Source: Macrostomum lignano
Taxonomy: Eukaryota
Length of the DNA: 64,000 nt
Reading direction: 5' to 3'
Assembly (NCBI GenBank): GCA_002269645.1
Contig: NIVC01000031.1
Location: 248,001 to 312,000 of the forward strand
Made by a program: the position numbers and the translations under genes. The notes under the pieces are model-generated. The model did not search any database. It was given only the letters and a program-made list of their open reading frames with translations, and was not told the origin of the DNA. Position 1 is the stretch's first letter; the number at the start of each line of letters is the position of its first letter. Positions 44,632-56,773 of the stretch are shown in pieces.

Positions 44632-47101
44632 TTAGGCCCCTAGATCGCTGTCGCCCTTGTCGCCGTCGACATGGGCCGTGTCGCTGCTGGGGCCAGTGCC
44701 GCTGCCGTTGCCAGTGCCGCTGCTGGGGCCACTGCCGCTGCTGGGGCCAGTGCCGCTGCCGTTGCCAGTGCCGCTGCCCTTGCCAGTGCCGCTGCTGGGG
44801 CCAGTGCCGCTGCCGTTGCCAGTGCCGTTGCTGGGGCCAGTGCCGCTGCCGTTGCCAGTGCCGCTGCTGGGGCCAGTGCCGCTGCCGTTGCCAGTGCCGC
44901 TGCTGGGGCCAGTGCCGCTGCCATTGCCAGTGCCGCTGCTGGGGCCAGTGCCGCTGCCGTTGCCAGTGCCGCTGCCGTTGCCAGTGCCGCGGCCGTGGCC
45001 GGTGCCGCTGCGATGGCTAGAGGCCGGCCGGCTGCTATCGCTCTTATGTTTTTTGCTGTTGTGGGTGCCGTGGCCAAAAGCCGACTTTGAATGACGGCTG
45101 TCGTCCTCATCAACACCATCGGGCCTGCTGCGCTTGCTGCTCTTCCGGATGGAAGCGCCGTCCCCGCTGGTGGGCGCCTCCTTGTCGGTCCGCCTTCGCT
45201 TCTGATGCTGGCTGGCACTGCCGGCGTCAGCATCAGCCTGATCATCAGCAGTTCCGGTGGCAGCGGTGGGGTTCTGATCGTCAGGCCTGCTGTTGGCCTT
45301 GTTAGCGGATTCGCGTTTGGTCTTGTTCCTGCATGCGGTGGGCGTGGAAGATTAGGAAATGGAAAGTGCATCTAATTAACTACATATCGACAAGCATTCC
45401 AGGAATCCTTTATTCCCAATCATATGGCATACTGTTGTTTAAGCAGTATATAAGGCACGTAGTGCACTATTACAGTATTATATTACCGTAGTTATGCAGC
45501 CCATATAACCATTGCCACTGCTACCCTTTGTACTAGTGCTACCACTTTTATGATAGAACACCGTATTCCTTACCGCAAGGTGACCTCCTTCACTGCGCCG
45601 AAAGCACGCCCCAGCAGGCAGGTTCCACTGCTGGGGTCCGTAGTCGGAACTTTGACGTCGCTTAGGAAGGCAATAATGGCCTCCCTTTTGGCCTCAGGGA
45701 TGGGCGGCAGGTTTCTTCCGCCGTCCCACTGGCGACCGGTGAAGGAGCAATTCAGCTGCTCCTCCTCCGTGAAAACTTCACGACAGAGAAGGCGCAGAAG
45801 CGCCTTCTGGCTCGTCTGCGTTTTTTGCCTATGGAACGCTGCTACGGTGCTGCGCATCGGGCCGAAGAAACTGTGCCTAACAAAGACAGCCGGGTGAGAC
45901 CCTACTAGCGGTACCAACTCATCATCCGAGTTCCTCGCCGTCTGGGATGCTTCGTCCAGCCTTGGGAGCGCACACCGCATGCTAGCCGCGACCGTCGATC
46001 GCAGTGCGCCACTCAAGCTTCCAAGCCGCGAATCCGCGGGCGCCGTGGCACTGGCCGTGACGTCTACCATGTCCCCGCCTCCCACAGAGGCCATGGATGG
46101 CATCTGAAGTGTGTGATCTGCGATCTTCATACCACACGACTCATCACTGGACGCGATTGCTGCAGCTGTCTGCTCCATGAGCTCCTGTTGAGCACTTCCC
46201 AGGCAAACAGCCGTCTTGTGCATGGCCTGCAGCAGCGTCTGCTGTATCGCCGTCACCGCTTTGAGCTGATCTGCCGATCGACGCCAGCGCTCGTAGAAGA
46301 CGTCATGAGCACCTTGCTGTTCAGCGTCCCCCAGCTGTTCCAGCTCCTTCTTCGCCACGTCCAGCTCCGAACGCAGTTTTTCCACCTTTCGCTCCAGGTC
46401 CTCCACCACAGCACTGTGGACCTCCCGCTGGGACTCTTGCAGGTCCTGCATCTGGCGGAGACGCGTCTTCAGGGTGCCAACCTCCTGCCGGTAGCTGGCG
46501 CACATGCTGCAACCGTCGTCCGGGAGGTCAACAGCGCCACTGGCCACCAGGAACTTCTTCCGGAATTTCCCAAGCTCCTTTAGGGCTGTATTCCGTGGAC
46601 CAGCAATTGGTCCGTGTACCAGTTCGACAGCTTGCGCCTTGCTTCGCTGGCTAGTACGGGCCTCTACGTGCTGCCCTTCCGCATAGGGGCCGCTGCCTGA
46701 CGTACCTTCGGCCTTGATGTACTCCTCAGAGAACAGGTCGTTTTCGCCGGCGCTGCGTCCGGCGAGAATCTTGCCAACCCAGTAGCGTGGAAATTGTTGG
46801 TCATTAGTCGTCGTACGCTTGCGTCTGGCGTTCAGCATTTTCTATGGGCGTAACTTGCAGACGCTTGTTCTAATCAACGCTGCTTCGAAAAGTGGTGGTC
46901 CGGGTGCTGGAAAATCGGATATTGAGGCGTCACTTGTAGATTCATGCCTGTCAGTAAGCAGTGTTGGGCACTAACTAGTTAAATAGTTTACTAGTTATTA
47001 ACGAAGTTAGTGTTTCACTAACTTTTAGCAGTTTTCCGTTACTTAATTTCTTTTCAACGAACCTAATGCCCCCCCTTAAAAAATTGCTGGCTGCGCCACT
47101 G

Positions 47102-47157
<56 letters not shown>

Positions 47158-47857
47158 CCTCTCTATCTCTCTCTCTCTCTCGCTCTCTCCCACTGTCTCT
47201 CTCTGTCTTGGTCTCTCCCGAAATTGGGCCATTGGCACAAAAAGTAACAGAGGAGAGGATGCGGAGAGGAAAAATGAACTAAGTACTTTGTATTACTACA
47301 GTAATATGCGGAAAGTTAACTTTTTAACTTAAGTCACTTTTTTCTGAAAAGTTAAAAAGTTATCCAAGTTAAGTTACTTTTTTTGCCAGTTAAAGTTAAC
47401 TGTTTAACTTTTAACGAAGTTACTTTTCCAATTAACTTTGCCCAACACTGTCAGTAAGTAGGTATGCACATTATATTAAGTTGTGTATAGCTGCTGCTAA
47501 TATTAATAATATTTTAAGACTTTTGAGCATATCATTTAGGAGAACATATAATAAGACTTGCCTATACTATGGCTTATATTAAGAGTACATAATAAGACAC
47601 CTGCCTATACGCAATAAACGTTCTCGACCGCATGTATTACCTACATACCTGGAAAGGTTGTAAGTACCCTAAAACAAAAGTGTAATAAGTACACCCCGAT
47701 TGAAATTTCTTAGTGGGTACCTGTAGTAGTACGTCTGTGGGCGGCTTTCGCCACTCCCCTCGATCAGCGCTATTTTAGAGTCTGTCAGCGTATTGAACCC
47801 GTGATGTAAGTTGCGAAAAACGTAATTACAGTTTTTTTTATTTACATCGGTTGTCAT
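44632..47857 (-). CDS. Transposon accessory protein: coiled coil, BEN-like domain and Gly/Ser-repeat tail. Exons 47857-47721, 46947-45574, 45328-44632, with an in-frame TAG at 46844-46842 and an alternative start ATG at 46838
   Basis: Heptad-rich segment EVGTLKTRLRQMQDLQ...LERKVEKLRSELDVAKKELEQL and BEN-like LLRLLCREVFTEEEQLNCSFTGR...LPPIPEAKREAIIAFL. A phase-2 intron 45573-45329 continues into an open 232-codon exon that the ORF track does not show. Confidence 0.7.
44680..44995 (-). repeat. Coding 18/36-bp repeat encoding GTGNGS/GTGPSS in the accessory protein tail
   Basis: GCCGCTGCTGGGGCCAGT-GCCGCTGCCGTTGCCAGT units, in frame with the last exon. Confidence 0.8.
46959..47450. mobile_element. 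hAT-type MITE, 492 bp, nested in the CACTA element, with perfect 8-bp target duplication TCAGTAAG and an internal (CT)n tract
   Basis: TCAGTAAG|CAGTGTTGGGCA ... TTGCCCAACACTG|TCAGTAAG. Confidence 0.92.
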
Positions 47858-48275
47858 TCGCAGATTACATGTCGCCACTTGTTACCTAATATACAGTAAC
47901 GTACATTCAGATCTACGCTATTACACGTCATCATGCCCTCCACTACTACACGCCTTATGCTGCACCAAATGACCCCATGTAGCTGTGGAAGACATATGGA
48001 AGACATGGAAAAGATAATGGACAACACGAAACGGAAGCAGAAATATGTGAGCTGTCCCTCAGCCGTGCGACCGCTCTCGCCCTTTCATGTCATACGAACG
48101 TTTATGTGGAAATGCATTTGTGGAAGTACACCGCATGTGCTGTAGTACGCACTAGGCGAGACGCCAAAACTTCGGTTTTTAGTAAAGTGCAGTAAATGCA
48201 TCGTAGCACGATATTTATATGCAGTTCATCGAGGGCACTGTAAATAGGGGGAAGGAGATCGGTACATCCATTACA

Positions 48276-51200
48276 CTACTGTCTTAAATGCTGCGTCGAA
48301 ATGCGACCGAAAGCCAGTTGGACACCGTCGTCACTGGCGGCGAAGGCGACGAAGCAGCACAGGGACCGCTGGTGCTGTAGCGCGGGCAAGTAGCGCTCAA
48401 TGCGCCATCCGTTGGTCAACAGAGCCCAGCGGAACTCGTCGTCATGTAGCTTGGTGTACACCCTGGTCCCGTCGGCCATGGTCTCTTGGACACCCTGAAG
48501 GAATCCACGGGCCGCAAAGGGCGAGGCCAGGCCCAACTGGTGCATGACGGCACGCCTGCTGAATTGCCGTCTGATGGCAGAGTGCACCTGAGTGAAATGA
48601 AGGGTGGGAGGCGCCCGTTGCAAGTTAGGTAACGGTCTGATGCAGCAACGCAAGCCCTCGGAGGGGAACATGGTATCAAGGGGGAACCTTTGTAATTATA
48701 TATACCACGATAACCCAGGGGGTGGGTTTCTAGTGCGATACAAGAGTGGGCATCCTGCATACGTACTGACTACTAGTGAGTAGAATATAGAGGCGTAGAT
48801 GCCATTATACTATATTTTTCTAATTAGAGAAAAGGGTCTCTCTGCGTACCTGATCACCGACGAACCTGGCGCCCTTGACGCGCGTTTTGAGGCCGTAGTG
48901 CAGAGACTCGAACAGGCCGGCGGAGGTGCGCCACACGGGTCCGAAGAGAAAGGCTGCGGGAACGAGGTGCTCACAGACCTGGTGGGCATTGTAGGTCATG
49001 GCGGCCGGCGAAAACCCATCCTTCAGGCTGGCGTAGAATACTCGCAGGGTCTTCGCTGCACGAGTAACTTCCGTCAGCGGGCAGTTCTCCAGAGACAGCC
49101 AGAAGATGGAAGAGGACAGGAGCAGCAGTTGATTGTAATAGAACGGTCCCAGCGTGTCGCCGAGAACCATGGGGCCGTACACCAACAGCCAGCACTCAAA
49201 TTCGTGCCCGCGGAAGTGGCCGAGGTCCGCCAGGGTGCGAGGGCCCCGCTGGTGCGACGCAGGCACTCGAATACTGGCCGCCTTGGCGTCCACTTCAGCC
49301 ACATGGCGGGACAAGTCCGGGTTCTCGGCCATCTTGTCAGGTCGCTTGCCGACGGGCAGAAAGTGCTGCCGCAGCAGCCAACCGACAACGCCGACGAGGC
49401 ACTGATGGAGGTAGCAGGGCGGGCAGGAGGTGATGAAGTCGAAGCCCTGCAGCCGATGAAGAGGAGACAGCCTGACGACGCCGAGGTTGTGGCCTGCGCC
49501 CGCCGGAATCGTGGTCGCCAGGAGGATGGTGTCCTGCAATGCCCGGTACCGCGGCCGTGTGCAACCGGCGTCGGATGCTGCTTGCAGCGCGTCGGCCGAA
49601 AGCTCGCATGGGAAAATGCGCGCATTTCCTCCGCGGTCGGCATCATGGAGAGTCACGGTGTAACAGTGATCGCAGCCGTACACTGCTGAGCAGTGCTGTA
49701 ACCCAGTCACCTCAACCCTCTGAGGCGCGTCAAGCACGAAGAGGAGCGGATGGAAGCGGATGCAGCCGCCACGCGTGCCGTCTCGTCCACCACCTGTGCG
49801 GAACATAACACCCTCGATGCGAAGGCTGTTCAGCTGGGCCACCAGCCACGGCAGGAAGGCGTCCACGCTCACCTTGTTCCTGCAGGCCCACAGAGCGCAG
49901 ACCACCGTGAAGCGCGCTCGCATGTGGTCGGGGACCTCATTCACGGTAAGGTACACGGGGCAGATGTTGTACACCGCCCGGCTGAACACGGAAAATGCAT
50001 CGATGTTGACCGTGACCGTCAGATCTGAGCGAGCGGCCTTGTCAATGAGGTGCGTAAAGGCCGAGTATGCCGTGCTTTGCCACAAGCTCAGACCACCCGG
50101 CCGCCGCGTGACGTCCGCGGGGAAGGAGACGACCGACAACAGGCCGCAGCGCTCAATGAGCTGCCGTAGCTGGGCTCGCACATCCATCCGCCAGACCTTG
50201 GCGACGCGGTCCACTGACGAAAACTGCTTTCCGCAGGGTTCGCAGGTCAGTGGAAGGGCCTCCTCCACCAGGGGCCGGCTGCACCTAGGACAAAAAAGAA
50301 GTCGTTCGGAGCGCAGGGAGTTGCAGGACTCCAGAAACCGTCGCAGGCGGTACGGGTTGTCGGCAAACACGGCGTCTGGGGGAAGCGCGAGCTTCGTGTA
50401 AAGCAGCAGGTCCGCCGTGGCGTTTCGCGACAACTTGTGCTTCTCGGCTAGGAGCTCTCCGTACACTGCCAAAGTGGCGTATGACAGGTGCGGCATTGTG
50501 CGATGCACCGGTTGCAGAAACCCTGGCGCGATGTGAACGACGCCGTCGTCGCCGCCATGGGCTGCCCCTTCGTCGACAGCACCGCTAGCACCGCCAGCCC
50601 CGTCGCCAGCACCGCCAGCCCCGTCGCCAGCACCGCCATCACCGTTGACACTGTCAGCGGATTCCTCGATGACGTCGTCCCATAGCGCACCCTGGCGGAT
50701 GGAAGAGAAAGGGTAGGAAGGGGAGGAAGGAGGGAATCATAACTAGATTGGTTCTAGGCAGCCGATGAACATTGCGTGCTTAAGTTTGCTGAGTGCTAAC
50801 TGATATTTGCAGGCAGGATCACATCAGCCACGTATACGCACGAGTGCCAGCCTTCAACAGTACAATGCAAGCCTTACGTCATCACCGTCATCATCAGACG
50901 TCGCATCGCTGGGGTCAGGACTGCGGTCGGATCCGCGGCCAGAGGCTCCATCGGAGCTGCGGTCAGACCCACGTTCGGAGTCGCAGTCGGATCCGCGGCC
51001 AGAGGCTCCATCGGAGCTGCGGTCAGACCCACGTTCGGAGCCGCAGTCGGATCCGCGGCCAGAGGCTCCATCGGAGCTGCGGTCAGACCCACGTTCGGAG
51101 CCGCAGTCGGATCCGCGGCCAGGGGCTCTATCGGAGCTGCGGTCAGACCCACGTTCGGAGCCGCAGTCGGATCCGCGGCCAGGGGCTCTATCGGAGCTGC

Positions 51201-51588
51201 GGTCAGACCCACGTTCGGAGCCGCAGTCGGATCCGCGGCCAGAGGCTCCATCGGAGCTGCGGTCAGACCCACGTTCGGAGCCGCAGTCGGATCCGCAGCC
51301 AGGGGCTCTATCGGAGCTGCGGTCAGACCCACGTTCGGAGCCGCGGTCGGAACTGCAGTCAGAGCTAGAGCTGAAAAGCTCAGCAGGACCGTCAGATGAG
51401 GCAACACCACCGGCATCGTCCTCGTCATGGTTAGCTGCACCTTGCATCGAACTAGATGCTGCGGCTTGGCCAAACTGCAGCACACGCATGCACTTACTTG
51501 CAGCTGCAGCTGCACGCCGATCGGACCGACAGACTGCCTCCAGCTTTCTCTTACGGTCGCGCGCTTTGATATGTTTGGCAAAGTCCAT
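48276..51588 (-). CDS. CMC/EnSpm DDE transposase. Exons 51588-50878, 50691-48850 and probably 48587-48276
   Basis: CxxC...CxxC zinc-finger-like motif, D1 in VNIDAF, ICPVYLTVNEVP, D2 in VLDAP, C(2)C in YGCDHC, YLH, HQVCEH and E in LFES. Phase-0 GT-AG introns join the pieces without stops. Confidence 0.85.
50920..51350 (-). repeat. Coding 60-bp repeat, about 7 copies (RGSDCGSERGSDRSSDGASG), in transposase exon 1
   Basis: Near-identical units read directly, in frame. Confidence 0.9.
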
Positions 51589-51714
51589 TGCCACGAAGAC
51601 TTTTGGCAGCTGGCTGAAATGCGCTAGAGGATATGCGCATGGGAGACATGTCAGATGGTATTGCGAAACTAAAAAACTAAAATAGAAAACTAAAACTAAA
51701 CTAAAACTAAAATA

Positions 51715-52345
51715 GTACTGGGCAGTGCCGACGGGCAGTGCCGACGGGTAGTGCCGACATGTCGGCACTACTGGGCAGTGCCGACGGGCAGTACCGACGG
51801 GTAGTGCCGACATGTCGGCACTACTGGGCAGTGCCGACGAGCAGTGCCGACGGGTAGTGCCGACATGTCGGCACTACTGGGCAGTGCCGACGGGCAGTAC
51901 CGACGGGTAGTGCCGACAGTCGGCACTACTGGGCAGTGCCGACGGGCAGTGCCGACGGGTAGTGCCGACATGTCGGCACTACTGGGCAGTGCCGACGGGC
52001 AGTGCCGACGGGTAGTGCCGACATGTCGGCACTACTGGGCAGTGCCGACGGGCAGTGCCGACGGGTAGTGCCGACATGTCGGCACTACTGGGCAGTGCCG
52101 ACGGGCAGTACCGACGGGTAGTGCCGACATGTCGGCACTACTGGGCAGTGCCGACGAGCAGTGCCGACGGGTAGTGCCGACATGTCGGCACTACTGGGCA
52201 GTGCCGACGGGCAGTACCGACGGGTAGTGCCGACAGTCGGCACTACCCGGTCGGCACTCAGTGCCGATACTGAGTGCCGATCGGCAGTCAAATCGACCCT
52301 GACTGCCGACAGGCAGTGCCGATCGGCACTCGGAGTGCCGACGGA
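51715..52345. repeat. Right subterminal array of AGTGCCGA motifs, including repeated perfect palindromes AGTGCCGACATGTCGGCACT
   Basis: Read directly. The motif is the reverse complement of the left-array motif. Confidence 0.92.
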
Positions 52346-54479
52346 TTTTCAATCGGGTAAGTACAGTACACGATCGATAATTTCTGTTTTTCTCGCCGGC
52401 CAATAGAAAAGCCGCGCATAAATTATGTTATGTTAGCCTGAAATTAAGTTTTCCTCGCGCGCCCACCCTCAGCCCGCTCCTTATCAGTCCTGTCTGGCTG
52501 GGGCACTCGGGGTTAGACCCTTCCAACCTTGGCCGCCGCTCTGCCCGCCCGTAGGCTCTCACCACCCCGGCACTCCTTGTTTGTTTGCCTTCTCTTTCTG
52601 CCTCGCTCCGCCACGGTTCTAAACCACGCCTCTGCCAATCTCAGTCACGCCACTCCTACTGTCTGTACGAGCTCTCACTAAGAGCACCGCCACCGCACGT
52701 TCACCGCCATCACATCGTCACCATTGCCTCAGGCCCATCGAATCACTCTATCGTCTACCATCTAACATATTGTTGCGTAGCCGCCCAGTGCATTTCTTAT
52801 GGATTCAGCCAGTATTTTGACCTATCTCTGTTGACTGCCCAGACGGAATTAATAATAGCAAGCCTAACCGTCCTCTCATACGTTACAATAAATAAAGTCT
52901 GCGGCCATCGCCCGCATCAGTCGTTATTATCATCAAGTGCTACCGCTACAAAATTGCCTCTGCCGTATTTGTCTTCGTTGATTACTTTTGAGGCCACTGC
53001 ATTAATCGTCACAATATATTTTAAATATTGAAGCTAGTATTGAAATGTAAAAACTGTTACAATGAACTAGTTATAGCGTATAAAAATGCTCAACAAAACA
53101 TCTTTGACAATGTTTTGTCATATAATCTCTATTTAAAAACCTAAAGTAAACTAAAGTAACTAGTATTTTCACATAAATTATAGTATAAAACACAATTAAA
53201 AGTCTTCTAAAGAAACTATTTTTAAAGTCGAATTCAATTTACGCTGCAATCTAATGGTAGTTTAATAAAATTTAGGCATAAAACATGGATTTATTTTGGC
53301 AAGTTTTGGGTTTGGTATACATACTCTCTTATATATCCATACAAATTTATAAAGCTGGAATTTTATTATGCTATTTATACAGAAGTTTCGATTTAACTTC
53401 CACAAAAGGCAACAGAAAATTGTGAGTTAAGGTACATAAATGTTAGTTATAAACTTCGGTGGTGTACCTGACACCACGAGGAAAATATATAATAAGGGGA
53501 TGTTCAATTTCAAAGATGTACAGTCTGTGTTGGGTAAAAACTAAGTAACACTCATGAATTAACCATTTTCGAGCTATTTCGAATGCAGGCTCTCTGCCAT
53601 CAATTCATTTAAAAAACAGGTGTATAATTATTCAATATGCAAACGAATATGTAATTGATACGATTTCTAGAAAAATGCCAATTTCAAATACGATAATTTT
53701 ATAGCACAAAGCAACAATGCTTTTAAAATGCTAACGTAAAAATTTAATAAATAATTAGCTCAAATTATAATAAAAGATGTAAAATATTAAACACTTAGTT
53801 TAAAACACGTTTAGATAGTTTTAAGTATAAAACATTTGACATTGCAGTTTTCTTGGAAAGCTTTCGCCAGCCCGCTCTCGCTCGACTGCCAAAGACCTAC
53901 GTGAGAGAAAAGAAAGAACTATAACATTCGGCTACTGAAAAGTAGCTAAAATAGCTCACAAAAGTCACATTAACATTTAATTGGTTAAATAAACAGTAAT
54001 TAATAAATTGCTATAAAAAATGAGCAATTGCACTGCCTTTGCACCAGATAGCCAGCCAAGGCCATCAAGATCAAGATCAAGGTTTACTATTTACAGGAAT
54101 TAAACTTCGTAGGCCTAATAAAATTTGTTGTACTTGTATCTAACCTAGCTTATGTATAGTTGCCACATTGTGTTGCTTTTTGCAGTTTACACTACAAAGT
54201 TCTTTACTTGCTTTGAAATAGCTTCTTGCTTTCATTTCAGATATATAGAAATGGAGAGAAACCTAAAATTAATATAAATGATAAAAATTATAATGAAGTA
54301 ATGTACTGTGTCTGTAGGCCTAGTGTTATTGGATGGGTGTTGTAAACAACTTGACACACACATGGGGTTTTATTGTTTTAAAAAATGCAATAATTTAGCA
54401 CTTAAATAAATATGAGTAAAAGTTTAAGTCAATTAAGCTTATATAAACATACTATAGCACAGATGAAAAGCAACCTTAG

Positions 54480-55400
54480 TTAATATGGTTGACTCCAAAT
54501 GGGTTGTTGTTGCTGCAGGTGAATTGCTGCAGGTAGTGTCCCAGCAGCCAGCAGGGCCTAGCAATGCCAATAGAAGATGATATTAAGGAATGGCAATTTT
54601 GATTTTGCTATCAGCTAGGCTATTGAGAGAATGGCCAAGTAGCATATGCCTAGCACTTTCAACTTGCATAGCAGGTTGTGGTGTATCATGTCCAAGGCCC
54701 ATTCTTGCATGGTTATCATCAAGATAGCCTCTATGCCATAGCATAGAGAAGGATTGGCTCTATTTAGCAATGCATAATAGGTAGATCTTTAGGTTGTTTT
54801 GCACTCTAGAAGTGAGGATTGGCCTAAGATTGAGATGACCCATGGCGTGCTAGGCCTAGGTCCTCCTGTCTATAATGATTGCCTCTGGGTTCATCACGAG
54901 CATAAAGATACCTAGGTATCAGAAGTCATTGCATATTAAGATGGCCTCGCCATTGGTCAGGGTTAGCGGTAAGGAATTGTTAGCACCTATGTGTAGCATC
55001 TTTATTTTGTGTATATTAATCTGCAAGCCAATCCAAATGCCTTCTTAGGAGAGTAAAGTAAGGGCATGCTAGGTTGCTACATGGTCTTAGCAAAATAGTG
55101 CAATGTTATCAATGTAAGCAAGGGCTGGGAATGTCATGGCAGTATGGTAAAAGCTATGCTAAGCCTCAAAGACAAAGCTATTGTCATCTCTAAGGCAGTG
55201 GTGCAAGATGTAGTCAATAGCCAAAATGAAAAAACAGAGGAGATATGTGTCCCCTTGCAATATCCTAGAAGTAGTATTAAACTTGTTTATAAGGCTATTG
55301 TTGGAGTACACAAATGCCTTGGAATTGTGATATAGGTCTATAACTACCGTCACCAGGGTGTCAGAAATGCCGTCTATCTATAGCATTTAAGCCAGGAGCT
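54480..55400 (-). pseudogene. Heavily eroded RTE-type LINE reverse transcriptase fragment
   Basis: Reads TTSRILQGDT...FILAIDYILHHCL...LAYIDNIAL...IGLQIN..KIKML, which are eroded forms of GILQGDTL..FLFI..DY, Y[A/V]DD and IN..KTK. Confidence 0.75.
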
Positions 55401-55582
55401 AGGCTAAATAAACTAGTTAATAAACTAATATAATATATAACATAGGTATTTATAATATTAATAATAAAAATAAGTAAGGTTGATACATTAAATTATTAAT
55501 AAGGTCCCTACTGAGTACTATATATAAAAAATAGACTAGCATGACTATCTAATAAGATCTTGTTGCATGTGACATACAAATT

Positions 55583-56158
55583 CCAGTTGTTTTACCCCTA
55601 AACCATTTTGATTTTTGGCCATGGACATTGCCCCTAGGCTCTTTCTTCCAGTTTTATAGTCCATTTTGCCCATAAACCAATTTGGCTATAGGCATTTTGG
55701 CTAAAATGGTAATTAGGCCTTATGTAATTTACAGATATTGCTTTGCATAGTATATTTAATTTTGTCTTTTTTCAATTGTAATTTTAGTTTTAATGTGTTA
55801 GAAAATATGATTTGTTGCTACAACATGTGTCATAAGTTAGTTATTTGTTTATGTTTATTATAATTGTGAATTCTTACAAGTTTTTTTCTAAGAAAGTCAT
55901 TTCTTTTAAAAGTGCAATGAGCCATTTTAATTAGAAGGTAAAAAAAGGTTTTGGTAAAACCAGAAATACTAAAAGAATAAGATCTATCAACTTTCTCTAA
56001 CTCCAAGTTTAGGCATTTATTGCCACCTTGGCAAAACTAGGCCTAGTTCAATTGGCTTTGAAGCAAACTGGTCTATAGGCAAAACAGCCTGTGGGCAAAA
56101 TGGTTTGGGGCAAAATTTCTATGGCCAAAATGGTTTATGGGTAAAACAATTGGTTACC
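55583..56158. mobile_element. Decayed MITE-like element with imperfect inverted ends
   Basis: Left GTTGTTTTACCCCTAAACCATTTTG...TTGGCCAT against right ATGGCCAAAATGGTTTATGGGTAAAACAATTGG. Confidence 0.5.
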
Positions 56159-56304
56159 TAACATACAATCCATAAACACTTTGTTGCATACAAAAATTTC
56201 TCAAAATAGTATCTTTTAGAATATAGTATCATTAGCATATTGCCTAACTAATATTCCATACTATAGATTTTTTATTTTGACAACATTTTGTCCTTTCCTT
56301 CCTT

Positions 56305-56550
56305 CCTATATACTAAAAATAAGTTGTCTGTATGTTTGTTTGTTTGTAGGCAATCAATTAGAGAAAAAAATGGCTGGACCAATTTTGTTCTAATTTGCAC
56401 TGTTCGATCAGAAATTTTCCCAGGAGGGTACATGTATCTTGGCTAAGAAATTGCTAAATGCTAAAGGGATTAAATATTCAAAAAACATGCTTTTTTGCAA
56501 AGGTCAAGCAAACTTTTTGACTTGAAATGCATTGTAAGAATGCTAGAGAA
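56305..56550 (+). mobile_element. Possible non-autonomous Helitron fragment
   Basis: TCCTATATACTAAAAATAAG followed by a TGTTTGTTTGT run and GCTGGACCAATTTT, which resembles short Helitron-derived repeats. Ends are not defined. Confidence 0.3.
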
Positions 56551-56773
56551 AAAACTGACTGGTTGAATTCTGATTCTGAAATAGATTGCATCATAACTGA
56601 AATGTAACTTCAACTTGAATTGTGTCGCAGTATTGAAAATGCAGTGTGGAAGCGTAGCACCAGATTTGATTTAGATTGTGTAACCATATTCTAAACTTTA
56701 ATTGAGACTGATACTGACTTGCCTGGGAAATTGATTATGTCATAACTGCTTCATGAGTGAGTGTTGAATTATA

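Larger units (their letters stand above)
43038..52357 (-). mobile_element. Full-length EnSpm/CACTA (CMC superfamily) DNA transposon, 9320 bp
   Basis: TIR CCCGATTGAAAATC / GATTTTCAATCGGG, TAA on both flanks, subterminal arrays of about 600 bp at each end, a CMC transposase and an accessory gene. Confidence 0.9.

Noticed and set aside
44640-45375. Ala-rich and Pro-rich ORFs listed in the track
   Set aside because: They are shadow frames of the accessory gene's last exon, whose true frame is fixed by splice phase.
48799-51685. Plus-strand ORFs of 296, 292 and 213 aa
   Set aside because: They are antisense shadows of the GC-rich transposase gene and its 60-bp repeat.
52426-52900. Possible solo LTR starting TGTTA
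   Set aside because: No matching CA end with a target duplication was found. It was kept only as a CpG-rich candidate promoter.
53375-54300. Several AG/GT-bounded exon-like segments on the plus strand, one reading IYRNGEKP
   Set aside because: They cannot be joined into a consistent open frame. They may be non-coding 5' exons or chance matches.
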